Shown here: one piece after another, positions 47,382 to 58,502 of the stretch
Layout of the letters: every line of letters starts with the position of its first letter
How positions within the stretch are numbered: the stretch's first letter is position 1
Source: Spirochaetia bacterium
GTDB taxonomy: Bacteria; Spirochaetota; Spirochaetia; UBA9216
Direction of reading: 5' to 3'
DNA: 64,000 nt
NCBI GenBank assembly: GCA_963675665.1
Contig: OY776510.1
Coordinates: 1-64,000, forward strand
Program-made: the position numbers and the translations under genes
Notes under the pieces: generated by a model
Seen by the model: the letters and a program-made list of their open reading frames with translations, nothing else
Databases searched by the model: none
Told to the model about the DNA's origin: nothing

Positions 47382-48440
47382 ATGGATTTAAGTACCTATT
47401 ATAACAAACCTTTATTCTTTAATCGTAACCGTGTATACAGGGTTTACCGGGGCGGAAGCCTGTTCAGTAATTTTTATGCAGATAAAAATGAAAATACTTA
47501 TTATCCGGAAGAGTGGATAGCATCTACTGTCAGAGCAATAGGAACTCCCCATGATAATATTAAAAATTACGGCTTCTCGAGAATAAAAGGAACAGATATA
47601 GAATTCAAAGAAATTCTTGATTCTTATCCCGGGGAAATGCTAGGGAATATATCAAACTTTAACATTTTCGCAAAACTGTTTCACAGCGCGGTGAGGCTTC
47701 CCGTTCAAACCCACCCTGACAGTCTGTCTGCAAAAAAATATTTCGACAGCCCGACAGGAAAAGAAGAAGCATGGCTGTTCCTGTCGACGGAGGAAGATGC
47801 AGAAATATTTTACGGATTTAAAGACGGAATAAAAAAAGAAGATTTCATTGAAGCTTTGGATAAAAGTGAGACAGACAAAGATATAATGCCGTCTCTTTTA
47901 AATTCACTAAAAGTCTCAAAAGGCGATGTATATTTTGTTCCCGGAGGTATTCCACATACAATCGGCAAAGGTTGCCTTGTCCTTGAAATACAGGAAGCAA
48001 CCGATTTTGTTGTATTAAGTGAACACTGGTGTGATTCCATACATATGGAAGAACCTGAAATGTTTCAGGGTCTTAAGAAAGAGGATGCCATCGATTGCTT
48101 TGATTTTAAAGCTCCTACAGGAGACGCTATTGTTCATAAGGGTAAAGTAATTCCGGAAATTATAGCGGACGATAAAAACATCCATGCTGAAAAGCTTATT
48201 TCAAACGAACAGACAAAGAATTTTAATATGAATTATTATAATATCAAATCAGGCTCATTTAAATTAAACCGGGGACCGTCAATAATTATCCCGATAGAAG
48301 GCGAGGCAATTATTAAATACAGCGGTTTTTCCGAAACAGTTAAACAAGGACAATACTTCTTTCTTCCCTTTGCTGCAAAAAATACTGAACTGACAACAAC
48401 AAACGGCATAAAAATAGTTGAATGTTTTCCGGGAAAGTAA
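47382..48440 (+). CDS. class I mannose-6-phosphate isomerase-like cupin
   Basis: PEEW, LPVQTHP, GKEEAW, PGGIPHTIG, LEIQE. Confidence 0.83.
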   Translation: MDLSTYYNKPLFFNRNRVYRVYRGGSLFSNFYADKNENTYYPEEWIASTVRAIGTPHDNIKNYGFSRIKGTDIEFKEILDSYPGEMLGNISNFNIFAKLFHSAVRLPVQTHPDSLSAKKYFDSPTGKEEAWLFLSTEEDAEIFYGFKDGIKKEDFIEALDKSETDKDIMPSLLNSLKVSKGDVYFVPGGIPHTIGKGCLVLEIQEATDFVVLSEHWCDSIHMEEPEMFQGLKKEDAIDCFDFKAPTGDAIVHKGKVIPEIIADDKNIHAEKLISNEQTKNFNMNYYNIKSGSFKLNRGPSIIIPIEGEAIIKYSGFSETVKQGQYFFLPFAAKNTELTTTNGIKIVECFPGK

Positions 48441-48476
48441 AAACAGCTCCTGCCTCCTTCATCTTTCAAGCTGTAC

Positions 48477-49325
48477 CTAAAGTGAATAAACTACATTCAA
48501 CTCTGTAAGTTCTACCCGCTCATTCATTCTGAAATTCTCAATCTGATGAAAAAGAGTATGCGGATCTACCGTATTGAACGCGAACATTCCGAAATGGGTA
48601 CCGAGCACAGGCGTATCCAGCATTGCAGAGAGAACAAGACCTTCTTCAAGATTCATATTTCCTACAATTCCGTTGCTTTCTTTTACCGGATCACGTCCGT
48701 TTACAGGTAAAATCAACAGGTCAAACTGCTTGGAAATAAGCCAGTCGGTAAGTTCGGGGAAAACAGTAGTATCACCGGCAAAAAATATTGATTTACTGCC
48801 GAAATTCAGCCGGTAAGACAAGGCCCAAACGCGTTCAGGATCAAAAAGCGGCTCCGGATGAGCTGCAGGGCAGGCGCTTATTACAAATCTGTCTTCAATG
48901 ATTACATCACGGTCATAACTGATGTTTGTTATCTTTTCAGGCTTTACGCCAAGCTCCAGGAGACTTTGTCTGCAGCCCGGAGGAGCAAGGTAAACAACAG
49001 CCGGATTAATTGCAGAAAGCTTTCTGATAAGATCCGGGTCAAGATGATCTTCGTGCCCATGGCTTATCAGAACATAATCAATTTCATGAAGAACATTTTC
49101 ATCAACCGGAGGAGGTATCATTCTGTTGTGAGAATATGGTGATGAACCGTGGTTTGCTTCAAGGTAATTTGAAAGATAGGCGTCGATCAAAATTAGACTC
49201 TTCCCTGTGCTCATCACAAATCCTGATTGACCTATCCAGAAAAACTCAATGCCTTTCTGAAATACTTCATTAAGGTTTCTTACAATGCCTGTTATTTTTC
49301 TTTTTTTCGGCAGTTTATTATGCAT
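48477..49325 (-). CDS. MBL-fold hydrolase (UlaG-like lactonase)
   Basis: WIGQSGF, SHGHEDHLD, FFAGDT, LPVNG, THFGMF. Confidence 0.83.
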   Translation of the reverse strand: MHNKLPKKRKITGIVRNLNEVFQKGIEFFWIGQSGFVMSTGKSLILIDAYLSNYLEANHGSSPYSHNRMIPPPVDENVLHEIDYVLISHGHEDHLDPDLIRKLSAINPAVVYLAPPGCRQSLLELGVKPEKITNISYDRDVIIEDRFVISACPAAHPEPLFDPERVWALSYRLNFGSKSIFFAGDTTVFPELTDWLISKQFDLLILPVNGRDPVKESNGIVGNMNLEEGLVLSAMLDTPVLGTHFGMFAFNTVDPHTLFHQIENFRMNERVELTELNVVYSL

Positions 49326-49407
49326 CTCCGACCTCGCTGAAATCTTTCTTGGATTAATAATGACACCTATTCTACTTAATGTAAACAGTTTTGGTCAGAT
49401 ATAAACA

Positions 49408-49431
49408 CAATCCGGAGTAGTCTCCGGATTG
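49408..49431. terminator. stem-loop downstream of the kinase gene
   Basis: CAATCCGGAG-TAGT-CTCCGGATTG. Confidence 0.5.
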
Positions 49432-49442
49432 CATAATTATGA

Positions 49443-50540
49443 TTATCTCTTTACCCGCCCTGAAACATCTCCCTTCATAAGAGACATTACCTCATCACGA
49501 CTTGAATAATTAAAATCATGCATAATTGAATGGCAGAGACATGAAGCAGCAACGCCGAAAGCAACAGCTTCCTGAAGGTTTTCAGAAAGCTCATCATCAG
49601 TCAGAGCATAAATCAACCCGGCAGAAAAGGCGTCGCCTCCCCCTACCCTGTCAACAATATTCTTTATTTCATAGGGACTGTATTCTTCACCGCATAAAGG
49701 CGCGAAAAAAGCCTTTTCTGTTTTACCGTCATACAACATAGCACCCCAGTTGTTGTGGCTTGCAGACAGGCTTTCCCTCAATGTTATGGCAACCTTTGAA
49801 ACATTTGGGAACTGTCTGATAATTTGTTTCGCAACATCAGGATACCTCTCAATCTCCAGCTTGCCGGAATGAACATTCGTATCACCAGCCCTTATCTGAA
49901 GAATATCCCAGGCGTCCTCCTCATTGCCTACAACCACATCAACAAAGGGCAGCATTCCCCTCATGATTTTTTCCGCAAGTTCCCGCCGTGAAGTCCCCGG
50001 CTCCCAATTCCATAGTTTCTTTCTGTAATTAAGATCACATGAAACAGTAAGTCCTGAAGCTTTGGCTTCCTTGATCGCGACAAGTGATGCTTCTGCAGCT
50101 GTTTTTGAAACAGCAGGCGTTATCCCGCTTATGTGAAACCAATCTGCACCGCGGAAAGCGCCTTTCCAGTCATATGATTCAGCCGGAGTTTCAGATATTA
50201 CGGAATGCTGCCTGTCGTATATTACACTGCTCGGCCGCTGGTTGGCGCCTGTTTCAACAAAATAGAGCCCTAGTCTGCCGTCGGCTGTATGGATAAAAGA
50301 AGTATCCACTCCGAATTTCCGTACGGAATCAAGACATGCCTGCCCGATTGCGTTTGAAGGCAGGGCTGAAATGAACCTTGCCTGCCTTCCCATCACCTGG
50401 TTTGATACAGCAACATTTGCTTCCGCACCTGAAAAGCTTATAAAAAGATGCCCCGGCATTCCCTGCCGTAATTTCATAAACCCCTCAGGTTCAATCCTGC
50501 CCATAATTTCGCCGAAAGTTACAACTGTTTTGGCACTCAT
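49443..50540 (-). CDS. kdgK: 2-keto-3-deoxygluconate kinase (PfkB family)
   Basis: TFGEIM, GAEANVA, HISGITPA, DLNYRKKLW, DRVGGGDAF. Confidence 0.87.
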   Translation of the reverse strand: MSAKTVVTFGEIMGRIEPEGFMKLRQGMPGHLFISFSGAEANVAVSNQVMGRQARFISALPSNAIGQACLDSVRKFGVDTSFIHTADGRLGLYFVETGANQRPSSVIYDRQHSVISETPAESYDWKGAFRGADWFHISGITPAVSKTAAEASLVAIKEAKASGLTVSCDLNYRKKLWNWEPGTSRRELAEKIMRGMLPFVDVVVGNEEDAWDILQIRAGDTNVHSGKLEIERYPDVAKQIIRQFPNVSKVAITLRESLSASHNNWGAMLYDGKTEKAFFAPLCGEEYSPYEIKNIVDRVGGGDAFSAGLIYALTDDELSENLQEAVAFGVAASCLCHSIMHDFNYSSRDEVMSLMKGDVSGRVKR

Positions 50541-51202
50541 CAGCTTCCCCTTACCTCTTTCATTATTCTAACTGCTTTATCCGCATTACGCGCAATTGAA
50601 TCCCAGTCGCCGATGTCTATCAGATCTGCCGGGGCAATCCAGCTGCCGCCGAGAGCTATTACTTCCGGCGCCTCAAGATAAGTCCTCATGTTATTTATAC
50701 TCAGCCCCCCCAGCGGGATATACCTTAATCCCAGGAATTTATACGGACCGTTTATACCCTTCAGGTACTTCATTCCGCCCATTCCCTCCGCGTGGAAATA
50801 CTTTAGTACCCGGCACCCGGCTTCAACAGCACATTCAATTTCAGAAGGGATACAGACTCCGGGGGCAAACGGGATATCTGCCGCAGCAGCTGCTGCCATA
50901 ACCTCAGGGTTCAGTCCGGGGGCAACGGCAAAATCAGCACCGCCAGCTTTCACTTCCGAGACCTGGCCGGCAGTTAGAACCGTCCCGGCTCCCGCTGTCA
51001 TCTCCGGAACCCCGGCACTAATACTTTTTAGCGAATCCAACGCAGCATCAGTTCTCAACGTCAGTTCCATGGCGGAAATTCCGCTGTTAATAAGCGTCCT
51101 GGCCAGCGGAACTGCTTTTTCAGCATTATTAATAACCAGTACTGCAATTATACCGGCTTCTTCTATCTTTTTTTCCAGATCGTCCGGGATCATCTTTTTC
51201 AT
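50540..51202 (-). CDS. eda: KDPG/KHG aldolase
   Basis: MELTLRT, GAGTVL, PGV..PSEI, PLGG, GGSW. Confidence 0.9.
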   Translation of the reverse strand: MKKMIPDDLEKKIEEAGIIAVLVINNAEKAVPLARTLINSGISAMELTLRTDAALDSLKSISAGVPEMTAGAGTVLTAGQVSEVKAGGADFAVAPGLNPEVMAAAAAADIPFAPGVCIPSEIECAVEAGCRVLKYFHAEGMGGMKYLKGINGPYKFLGLRYIPLGGLSINNMRTYLEAPEVIALGGSWIAPADLIDIGDWDSIARNADKAVRIMKEVRGS

Positions 51203-51247
51203 ATCTGCTCTCCTTAAGGGTATTTGCATCATCGATAGTATCATTAT

Positions 51248-51285
51248 TAGAGACTTGTGTCAAATTATAGGGACACAAGTCTCTA
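51248..51285. promoter_or_regulatory. perfect 14-bp inverted repeat between divergent eda and iclR (candidate operator)
   Basis: TAGAGACTTGTGTC-N10-GACACAAGTCTCTA. Confidence 0.65.
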
Positions 51286-51357
51286 TAATCGGTACAACAA
51301 AAAGTTATTATTTCAGTTTCAGTTGTCTTTATTCAGGCATACTGTTATACTTCATTC

Positions 51358-52107
51358 ATGGATACCGCACAGACCGTTGCAAAAGCCCTTGGACTTCTTG
51401 AGCTGATCGGAAGAAACAGCCTTACCGCAACCCGGATTATCGAAGAAACAGACATTAATCGCAGCACAACCTACCGCCTGCTGGGAACCCTGGTACAACT
51501 CGGGTATGTCAGAAAGGATGAAAGCTCAGGCCTTTATTCGCTGTCGCCAAAAATTCTCACTTTAGCCTCTTCAGTCAGGGAAACAAAAAATATAAAAGAT
51601 ATCGCCCAACCTTTTATTGACGACCTTCATCATAAGACCCAGGAGACTATACACCTGGCGGTTCTTGATAACGACGAACTTGTATACCTGGACAAACGCG
51701 AATCAACACGAAACCTGAGGGTCGTAATGAGCTCAAAAACAGGAAGTCATGCGCCGCTGTACTGCACAGGAATAGGCAAAGTTCTTCTGGCCGGAATGCC
51801 TGAAAAACAGCTCCATGAATATATAAAAACAACCCGTTTTATCAAATACACAAAAAACACCATAGCGGGAGTTCAGGAGCTGCTGCAGGAAATCGACAAT
51901 ATCAGAATTGAGGGCTACGCCGAAGACCGTGAAGAACATGAAGACGGGGTTTATTGTATTGCCGCCCCGGTAACCAATTCTTCAGGAAGTACTATCGCCG
52001 CCTTCAGCGTCTCGCTGCCTTCAGTCCGCAAATCAGATAAACTGCTTCAGGAACTGATTACAGCCGTAAAAACCGCCTCAGAAAAAATATCCTTGGCTAT
52101 CAGATAG
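51358..52107 (+). CDS. IclR-family regulator
   Basis: STTYRLL, ETIHLAV, PLYCTGIGKVLLA, CIAAPV. Confidence 0.92.
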   Translation: MDTAQTVAKALGLLELIGRNSLTATRIIEETDINRSTTYRLLGTLVQLGYVRKDESSGLYSLSPKILTLASSVRETKNIKDIAQPFIDDLHHKTQETIHLAVLDNDELVYLDKRESTRNLRVVMSSKTGSHAPLYCTGIGKVLLAGMPEKQLHEYIKTTRFIKYTKNTIAGVQELLQEIDNIRIEGYAEDREEHEDGVYCIAAPVTNSSGSTIAAFSVSLPSVRKSDKLLQELITAVKTASEKISLAIR

Positions 52108-53536
52108 AAAGTTTTATAAGGTTATCTCGGTATTCTCCGGGAGTCAGACCGGTAATCTTTTTAAAAACTGAACAGAAATAGGCGGAATTCCTGAATCCGG
52201 CAAGTTCTGCAATTTCATAATTTCGGTAAGCTCCTGTGCTGATCAATTTTCTGGAAATGTCTATTCTGTACCGGCAAAGATAATCAGAAAAACTTGTCCC
52301 TGTTTCGCTCTTGAAAAGAGTACTGAAATATCCCTGACTTATACCGGCAGCATTCGCAACAACAGCCATATCAAGGTTTTTATCCGAATAGTTTTCAAGT
52401 ATACACTGCAAAGCCTGCCGGATTTCCCTGCGGCTGTTCCTGCTGCTTCCGCCTGCAATGTCCTCAAACAAATGACTTACCGTGTTTTTAATTATTCCCG
52501 GGATTTCTGAGATATCACAATCATTCTGAACCGCCCCGTACTTCCTGAAATCAGCGTTAATCATCTGCGCTTTTATCAGTTCAAGACCTTCTTTAAACAG
52601 CCCCGACATAAGAAAATCAGCGGAGGATTTTTCCACAATACAGTCCGAAAAAACTGCTTCAATCTCTTTTACAGCTTTTTCCGAGTCAGTCCAGTTAAAC
52701 CTTCTTACTGCATCAAACAATCTCAAACCTGCTTCCTCAACAACAGAGGCTTCAGCCTTCGGGAATTTCATCAGAGCTGAATATTCAGCGCTTTTCCTGC
52801 CTGAAAATCTTGAGGAATTAAGACATACATTCAAAGCTTCGCGATACAGTTCTTTTAATTTCAGCGGTTTACTGGTTGCGGAGCTTATACCTGTAAATGA
52901 ATCGGACGGAAACCTGCAAACCAGCTCTTCAGACTTCTGCCTGCAGTCCTGTACATTAGTGCCGGAAACGATAATTACAGTATATTTTCCCGCCGCAATT
53001 ACAGCAGCAGCTGATTTTTGTGTTTCAATTTTAACATCTGTCTTTACAACCATAACCATTAACTGTCTAATATCTGTAATTCCACAATAATCAAGGTTTT
53101 TAACAAGGTTCTTATTCGCTTCATCTTCAAATATCAGTTCTCTGAATATATTTTTAACAATTCTTTCATTGATGCTGCCGGCTACTTTACTCAGTAACGA
53201 TTCAAGTTCATCTTTTTTAACAGGTTTCAGCAGATAATCAACTGCACCCGCCCTCAGCGCCTTTCGGGCAAGTGAAAATTCATCATAACCGCTAAGAATA
53301 ATAAATTTGATTTTGTTATTCCATTTCCGGCATTCTTCAATCAGTTCAATTCCGTCAATAAAAGGCATTTTGATATCAGTGATAACGATATCGGGCATTT
53401 CATTTTTAAAGGCATTCAGGGCTACTTCTCCGTCTTCGTATCTTCCGATGACCTCCAGCCCGAAACTATCCCAGTCAATCAGTTTGAATACCCCGTCACG
53501 AATTTTGCGTTCATCATCTATAATGGCAACCTTCAA
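52100..53536 (-). CDS. YesN-like response regulator (REC plus AraC)
   Basis: IIDDE, ITDIKMP, DYLLKP, C-terminal YFSTLFK..GF..YF..FKK.TG.TP. Confidence 0.92.
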   Translation of the reverse strand: MKVAIIDDERKIRDGVFKLIDWDSFGLEVIGRYEDGEVALNAFKNEMPDIVITDIKMPFIDGIELIEECRKWNNKIKFIILSGYDEFSLARKALRAGAVDYLLKPVKKDELESLLSKVAGSINERIVKNIFRELIFEDEANKNLVKNLDYCGITDIRQLMVMVVKTDVKIETQKSAAAVIAAGKYTVIIVSGTNVQDCRQKSEELVCRFPSDSFTGISSATSKPLKLKELYREALNVCLNSSRFSGRKSAEYSALMKFPKAEASVVEEAGLRLFDAVRRFNWTDSEKAVKEIEAVFSDCIVEKSSADFLMSGLFKEGLELIKAQMINADFRKYGAVQNDCDISEIPGIIKNTVSHLFEDIAGGSSRNSRREIRQALQCILENYSDKNLDMAVVANAAGISQGYFSTLFKSETGTSFSDYLCRYRIDISRKLISTGAYRNYEIAELAGFRNSAYFCSVFKKITGLTPGEYRDNLIKLSI

Positions 53537-55266
53537 ACCGAAACTCCTTTTTTATACGGCAGAACCATTTTTACGGCAAACCCTTCGGGATTTCTGTTTT
53601 TGAATATAAGCCCGAAGGCACTTCCGTAAAAAATACGTATTCTGTCGTTCACATTCTTTAACCCGTAATGGGTACCTCCTGTATAATTATCCCTGTCCAG
53701 CTCATTAATTAATCTTGAAAAGTCTTCAGCTTCAGCTCCGGGACCGTCATCGTTAACCTCGATCACAACATTACAATTCTCTTCAAAAACATCTATCTCA
53801 ATTTTACCCGTACGTCTTTTTCTTCGCACACCGTGGTAGATCGCATTCTCGATAAGAGGTTGAATCAGCAATTTAAGAATACTGCTGTCAAGAATACTTT
53901 CGTCAATATTAAAATCGTAATCAAATGAATCCTCATATCTGATTTTCTGTATTATCAGATAATTTCGGGAATGCTCTATCTCTTCATGCAACGGTATAAT
54001 ATCGTTACCTTTGTTTAATCCTGTTCGAAGCATACTCGTCAGTGCATAATTCATTTCAATAATGTTTTCGTAATCTTTCTCCCGTGCAAGCCAGCTTATT
54101 GAATCCAGGGTATTGTATAAAAAGTGTGGATTTATCTGTGCCTGAAGCGCTCTCAGTTCGGCTTTTTTCAGATTCTTCTGTTCGGCTTCAATATCTTCCA
54201 GCAGCTGTTTTATTTTACTGAGCAGTTCATTGAAGCTGAACCCAAGTTCAGCTATCGTATCATGCCTGTTGGATGTATAACGTACCGATAAATCACCTCC
54301 CCTTGCCAGCATCATAAGCGACGACAGTTTTTCTACAGGTTTCATCACTGATCTCGAAATTATTACAGAAAGCAGAATGCAAAGGCAGATTGTAAGAAAA
54401 ATAACAAGGGCAATATTATATGTCAGTATATCAAAGTCCTTTTCAATCTGACGTGTAAAAATTACAGCATTAAGCGACCATCCGTCCGGAAGCAACTTTT
54501 TGCTGATGGTAAGATCATTGCGGCTCAGACTTATCTCAGGCGTCGGCTTATATATCTTATCCACACCGTTTTCGTAAATATAAATATTGCTCTGCGGACG
54601 TATTACAAGCTCTTCCGAATCGGAATAATTTATCAGCATCCTGGCGGTTTCGCCGATATTGAAGTCTGAAAGATTATTGAGATGTGTTTCGGTTATATCA
54701 ACAAGAATTACTCCAAGGAATCTTCCGCTCAGTTTATCCATTACCGGCACGCCCAATGATACAAGCCTGCTGTTTAAAGTCCGGGCTACAAAAGAGCCTT
54801 CGTGCGGAGGAAACCATACCGGTTTTCCGGATATGATTATTTCTGTAAACCATTTGCTCCCCCTGAAATCATCCTCCTTTATGGAAAAGAAACTCGACTT
54901 GAAAACAATGCCGTTCATGCCCGAGACATAAACACTCATTGCCCCCTCCCGGCTTCCGATAAGCGAGCTCAAACGCATATCACCCCTTCGCTGAAGATTA
55001 TATTCATCAACCCAGTCGGAAGGTTCCTGTTTAAGGATCTCCTGAAATTCAGGATCATTTCTTATTACCCCGGTCTGATGAACTGCTTCCTCAAGAACCT
55101 GGTTGATATCGTCTGCGAGCCGGTTTATTGCATCTTCGGTATAAGATATCACCAGATCCTTTCTTGAATCAGACAAAAGTTTATAGGAAAAGACACCTGT
55201 CCACACTGCCGGAACGGTAGACAGGATAAAAAATGAGAACAGCAGTTTTGTTCTGAAATTTAGCAA
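53533..55266 (-). CDS. YesM-like sensor histidine kinase
   Basis: 2 TM, HAMP, LQAQINPHFLYNTL, QPLIENAIYHG, GLKNV. Confidence 0.93.
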   Translation of the reverse strand: MLNFRTKLLFSFFILSTVPAVWTGVFSYKLLSDSRKDLVISYTEDAINRLADDINQVLEEAVHQTGVIRNDPEFQEILKQEPSDWVDEYNLQRRGDMRLSSLIGSREGAMSVYVSGMNGIVFKSSFFSIKEDDFRGSKWFTEIIISGKPVWFPPHEGSFVARTLNSRLVSLGVPVMDKLSGRFLGVILVDITETHLNNLSDFNIGETARMLINYSDSEELVIRPQSNIYIYENGVDKIYKPTPEISLSRNDLTISKKLLPDGWSLNAVIFTRQIEKDFDILTYNIALVIFLTICLCILLSVIISRSVMKPVEKLSSLMMLARGGDLSVRYTSNRHDTIAELGFSFNELLSKIKQLLEDIEAEQKNLKKAELRALQAQINPHFLYNTLDSISWLAREKDYENIIEMNYALTSMLRTGLNKGNDIIPLHEEIEHSRNYLIIQKIRYEDSFDYDFNIDESILDSSILKLLIQPLIENAIYHGVRRKRRTGKIEIDVFEENCNVVIEVNDDGPGAEAEDFSRLINELDRDNYTGGTHYGLKNVNDRIRIFYGSAFGLIFKNRNPEGFAVKMVLPYKKGVSV

Positions 55267-56591
55267 ACTTTTATCTCTTCCAGTAATAAACTACTTCCTC
55301 CTTTTATTTTAACGCATATCTGTATGCTGGAGATTTCACCCGTTGCCCCAGGTTCAAACCGGTAACCGTCTAACAAAACAGGGAGTTCAGGACTGACCTC
55401 AATATCAGTATCAATTTCCGAAACGCATATGCCTCCACGGTTGAAAAGCCTTAAACTTATTTCTCCGGAATAAAACACGCCCAGCGATGCGGAGAGAGAC
55501 AATATGCCGTCTTTAGATAAAATTTCTGTTTCACCGACGGACACCCCGCCTCCGGCTACGGAGGCAATATGCTTGCCGGGCTGTATTGTTACAGTATATA
55601 TATTATAAATAAAACAGGTTTTCCCGCCGGGTTCCAATTCCGTCAGGGGGCCGAGAAGTTCAGCTTCAACAAACTGCTTCTCATTATCAGGCAGTACTAT
55701 TTTTCTGTCGAATCCGTAAAAGGCACCGGAACCATTCAGCCAGATTTCGACTGAAGAATTGTCAGGATACTGCCCGCCCGGATACCATGAAAATGTTTTA
55801 ACATAAGCTTTCCCTGAAAATCTGTCCGTTGTCGCAATCCAGCCTCCGTCGGAATCGATGCCGAATTTAGCCACCTCGTTTTTATACTTTACCTCAAGCA
55901 GCATACTTTCGTAATCAGCAGAAACCTGGTTCGTTCCCACCAGGCCGAATTGTTGAGAAAACCCCTCAGGGTAAATGCTGCTTTTATTTATCGGAACAGT
56001 AATAACAAGATCCCTGTCGACAGGATTAAGTTGGGAATTTGTCCAGATTCCCCATTTGTGCATAATATTATCCGTGTTAACCATTTCAACAAACACATTG
56101 ATACGTGTAGAATTATCGAAAGTCCTGATTTCACGGGTAAAACTGATCCCGAATTCATTGTTCTCCGAACTTTTCATAATCAGAGAGCCGTCTGAAACCC
56201 TGCAGTCCCACTTTCTGCCGTCAATCCCGGCCATGGGGGGGCCAGCATTCCAGTCATTCTGTGTAAGGCCTTTAAAACTGCAGAAATTCCTGTAGAATCC
56301 CCGGGCCCAACCCTGGGGTGACGGCCAGATCTTTTCCCCGCCCCAGTTAAGCCAGCCTCCGTCCCCGTCCAATCCCCCGGCAGGGACGGGGAGACCGCTG
56401 AGCTCATTATTTTCCCAGAGGAAATCATATCCGCCCATAGTCATCTGAATCATCCTGCCGCCCGCTTCCGGTCTGAAAACCAGCCTGAGGTAATTATTCT
56501 CTAAAATAACGGCCGACGCCCCGCGGTATTGCCCTGATGTAACCCGAACACTGTCGTGAGACAGAAGGGCATCACCGTCCACACTTTTCAT
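55260..56591 (-). CDS. DUF4380/galactose-mutarotase-like protein
   Basis: GGRM, NWGGEKIWPSPQ, YPD..VEIW, EAELLGP. Confidence 0.65.
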   Translation of the reverse strand: MKSVDGDALLSHDSVRVTSGQYRGASAVILENNYLRLVFRPEAGGRMIQMTMGGYDFLWENNELSGLPVPAGGLDGDGGWLNWGGEKIWPSPQGWARGFYRNFCSFKGLTQNDWNAGPPMAGIDGRKWDCRVSDGSLIMKSSENNEFGISFTREIRTFDNSTRINVFVEMVNTDNIMHKWGIWTNSQLNPVDRDLVITVPINKSSIYPEGFSQQFGLVGTNQVSADYESMLLEVKYKNEVAKFGIDSDGGWIATTDRFSGKAYVKTFSWYPGGQYPDNSSVEIWLNGSGAFYGFDRKIVLPDNEKQFVEAELLGPLTELEPGGKTCFIYNIYTVTIQPGKHIASVAGGGVSVGETEILSKDGILSLSASLGVFYSGEISLRLFNRGGICVSEIDTDIEVSPELPVLLDGYRFEPGATGEISSIQICVKIKGGSSLLLEEIKVC

Positions 56592-57553
56592 CAGTCTTCG
56601 CTCTTCATATATTTTCTACTCTGTAGTATCACAACAAACAGCAGCAGCAGCCCGGTTATAATGACCTGCCACCACGAATTTATTGAACCGTTAAGATTTA
56701 TTATATTGGTTATCAGGCCGAATATCAGAACGCCTATAAAGGTGTTTACAATCTTTCCCTGGCCTCCGGTCAGAAGTGTTCCCCCGACAACGACTGCGGC
56801 AATGGCATCAAGCTCCCAGCCTGTTCCGGCTACAAACTGTCCGGCCCCGAGCCTTGAGGCAAGAATACATCCGGCAAGCGCTGCAAGCCCTCCGTTTAAA
56901 ATATAACAGACTATCTTTATCTTGGTAACTTTTAGACCCATCATGCCGGCAGCTTCTTCGTTTCCACCCAGCGCATAAACTGCCCTTCCGAAGGATGTAT
57001 ATTTAAGGATATAAGAAAAAATGAAAGCCGCGATTATCATAATCCAGGCTGGGACGGGAAGGTACAATAAATATCCCCGACCCAGAAACTTGAAACTGTC
57101 TAAAGCCTTATCAACAGTTATAGTCGTCATATCCGTAAAAATATATATAACCCCCCGAAGCGCAATCATCATTACAAGCGTACCGATAAACGGGACAATA
57201 CGGGCAAAGGTAACCAAAGCCCCGTTAATCAGGCCGATTAATAGCCCCACCGCAAGCGGAACAGCAACTGCCGGAAGGATTCCGTAACGGGTAAAATAGG
57301 CCGTAAGCACTGCCGATAATCCGACGATTGATCCAACCGATAAATCTATTCCCCCAATAAGGATAACAAATGTCATCCCGAAACCGACAAGACCGAGCAT
57401 GCTGACCTGCCTTAAAATGTTGGTAAGGTTCCGGTACTGCAGAAAATTCCTGTAAAGAGCCGCCGCCGCAATGAAAAGAATTATCATCGAGATAAGCGCC
57501 CCGTTCTCTATCAGTCTTTCTTTTAGTGTATTACTCTCAGGCAATTTCATCAT
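56591..57553 (-). CDS. sugar ABC transporter permease
   Basis: GGIDLSVGS, GRAVYALGGN, ELDAIAAVVVGG. Confidence 0.93.
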   Translation of the reverse strand: MMKLPESNTLKERLIENGALISMIILFIAAAALYRNFLQYRNLTNILRQVSMLGLVGFGMTFVILIGGIDLSVGSIVGLSAVLTAYFTRYGILPAVAVPLAVGLLIGLINGALVTFARIVPFIGTLVMMIALRGVIYIFTDMTTITVDKALDSFKFLGRGYLLYLPVPAWIMIIAAFIFSYILKYTSFGRAVYALGGNEEAAGMMGLKVTKIKIVCYILNGGLAALAGCILASRLGAGQFVAGTGWELDAIAAVVVGGTLLTGGQGKIVNTFIGVLIFGLITNIINLNGSINSWWQVIITGLLLLFVVILQSRKYMKSED

Positions 57554-57560
57554 AACACCC

Positions 57561-58502
57561 CTATCTGTTATTCCGGTTTTGTACATAAAGCACGATAAGG
57601 ATAATCGCGGCCTTGATAATCAGTGAATATGCATACTGAATATTGTTCATATTAACCATCGTGGTGATAAACTGAATAATCAGCGCCCCTACAACCGTCC
57701 CTGTAAGCTTAAGCCTTCCGCCGCTCATCGACGTACCGCCGATAGCCACTGCCGCAATACAGTCCATTTCAATATTACGTCCTATTGTATTCGGATCAGC
57801 AGCACATATTCGTGCTGTTTCAAAAATAGCTGCGGTTCCAGTCAGAAGTGCATTTATGACGTAAACAATCATAATAGTCTTAAGCATATCCACACCGACA
57901 AGTCGTGCAGCAGTCCGGTTATCTCCCACGGCCTCAATATTTTTACCGAAGGCTGTATTCTGAATAATAAACCTGCATACAAAAAACAGAAGGACAAGAA
58001 TAACAACCTGAACGGGAATCTGCCCAGCAAATTTATATAAACCAAGATCGGTAAATGCGTTGTCGTAAAAAGAGATTATCATTGCATCGTTTACCAGCTG
58101 GGCAACCCCCCTTCCCGACATCATTAAGATCAGCGTTACAATAATCGGCTGAATATTGAACCTTGCAATTATGAAACCGTTGAAAATTCCAAAAAGCGCT
58201 GCCGCGCCAAGGGCAATCAGCACAGAAAGATAAATATTCCATTCAAAGATGATTATAAATTTTGCGACGACAATCGAGGTAAAAGCCATGATTGAGCCGA
58301 CGGAAATGTCGATACCTCCGGTACCTATTACCATCGTCATGCCGAATGATATCAGCATTACCGGAAATATCTGCATCAGCATATTCCACATGGTAGTTAC
58401 CTGAAGAAAATTCTTCGTGAAAATGCTGTTGAATATTATAAGGACTGCAAGGATTATCAGCCCGCTTCCTTCTATCAACAAGGTACGTTTATTAGCTTCC
58501 AT
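57561..58502 (-). CDS. sugar ABC transporter permease
   Basis: GGIDISVGS, IQPIIVTL, EMDCIAAVAIGG. Confidence 0.93.
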   Translation of the reverse strand: MEANKRTLLIEGSGLIILAVLIIFNSIFTKNFLQVTTMWNMLMQIFPVMLISFGMTMVIGTGGIDISVGSIMAFTSIVVAKFIIIFEWNIYLSVLIALGAAALFGIFNGFIIARFNIQPIIVTLILMMSGRGVAQLVNDAMIISFYDNAFTDLGLYKFAGQIPVQVVILVLLFFVCRFIIQNTAFGKNIEAVGDNRTAARLVGVDMLKTIMIVYVINALLTGTAAIFETARICAADPNTIGRNIEMDCIAAVAIGGTSMSGGRLKLTGTVVGALIIQFITTMVNMNNIQYAYSLIIKAAIILIVLYVQNRNNR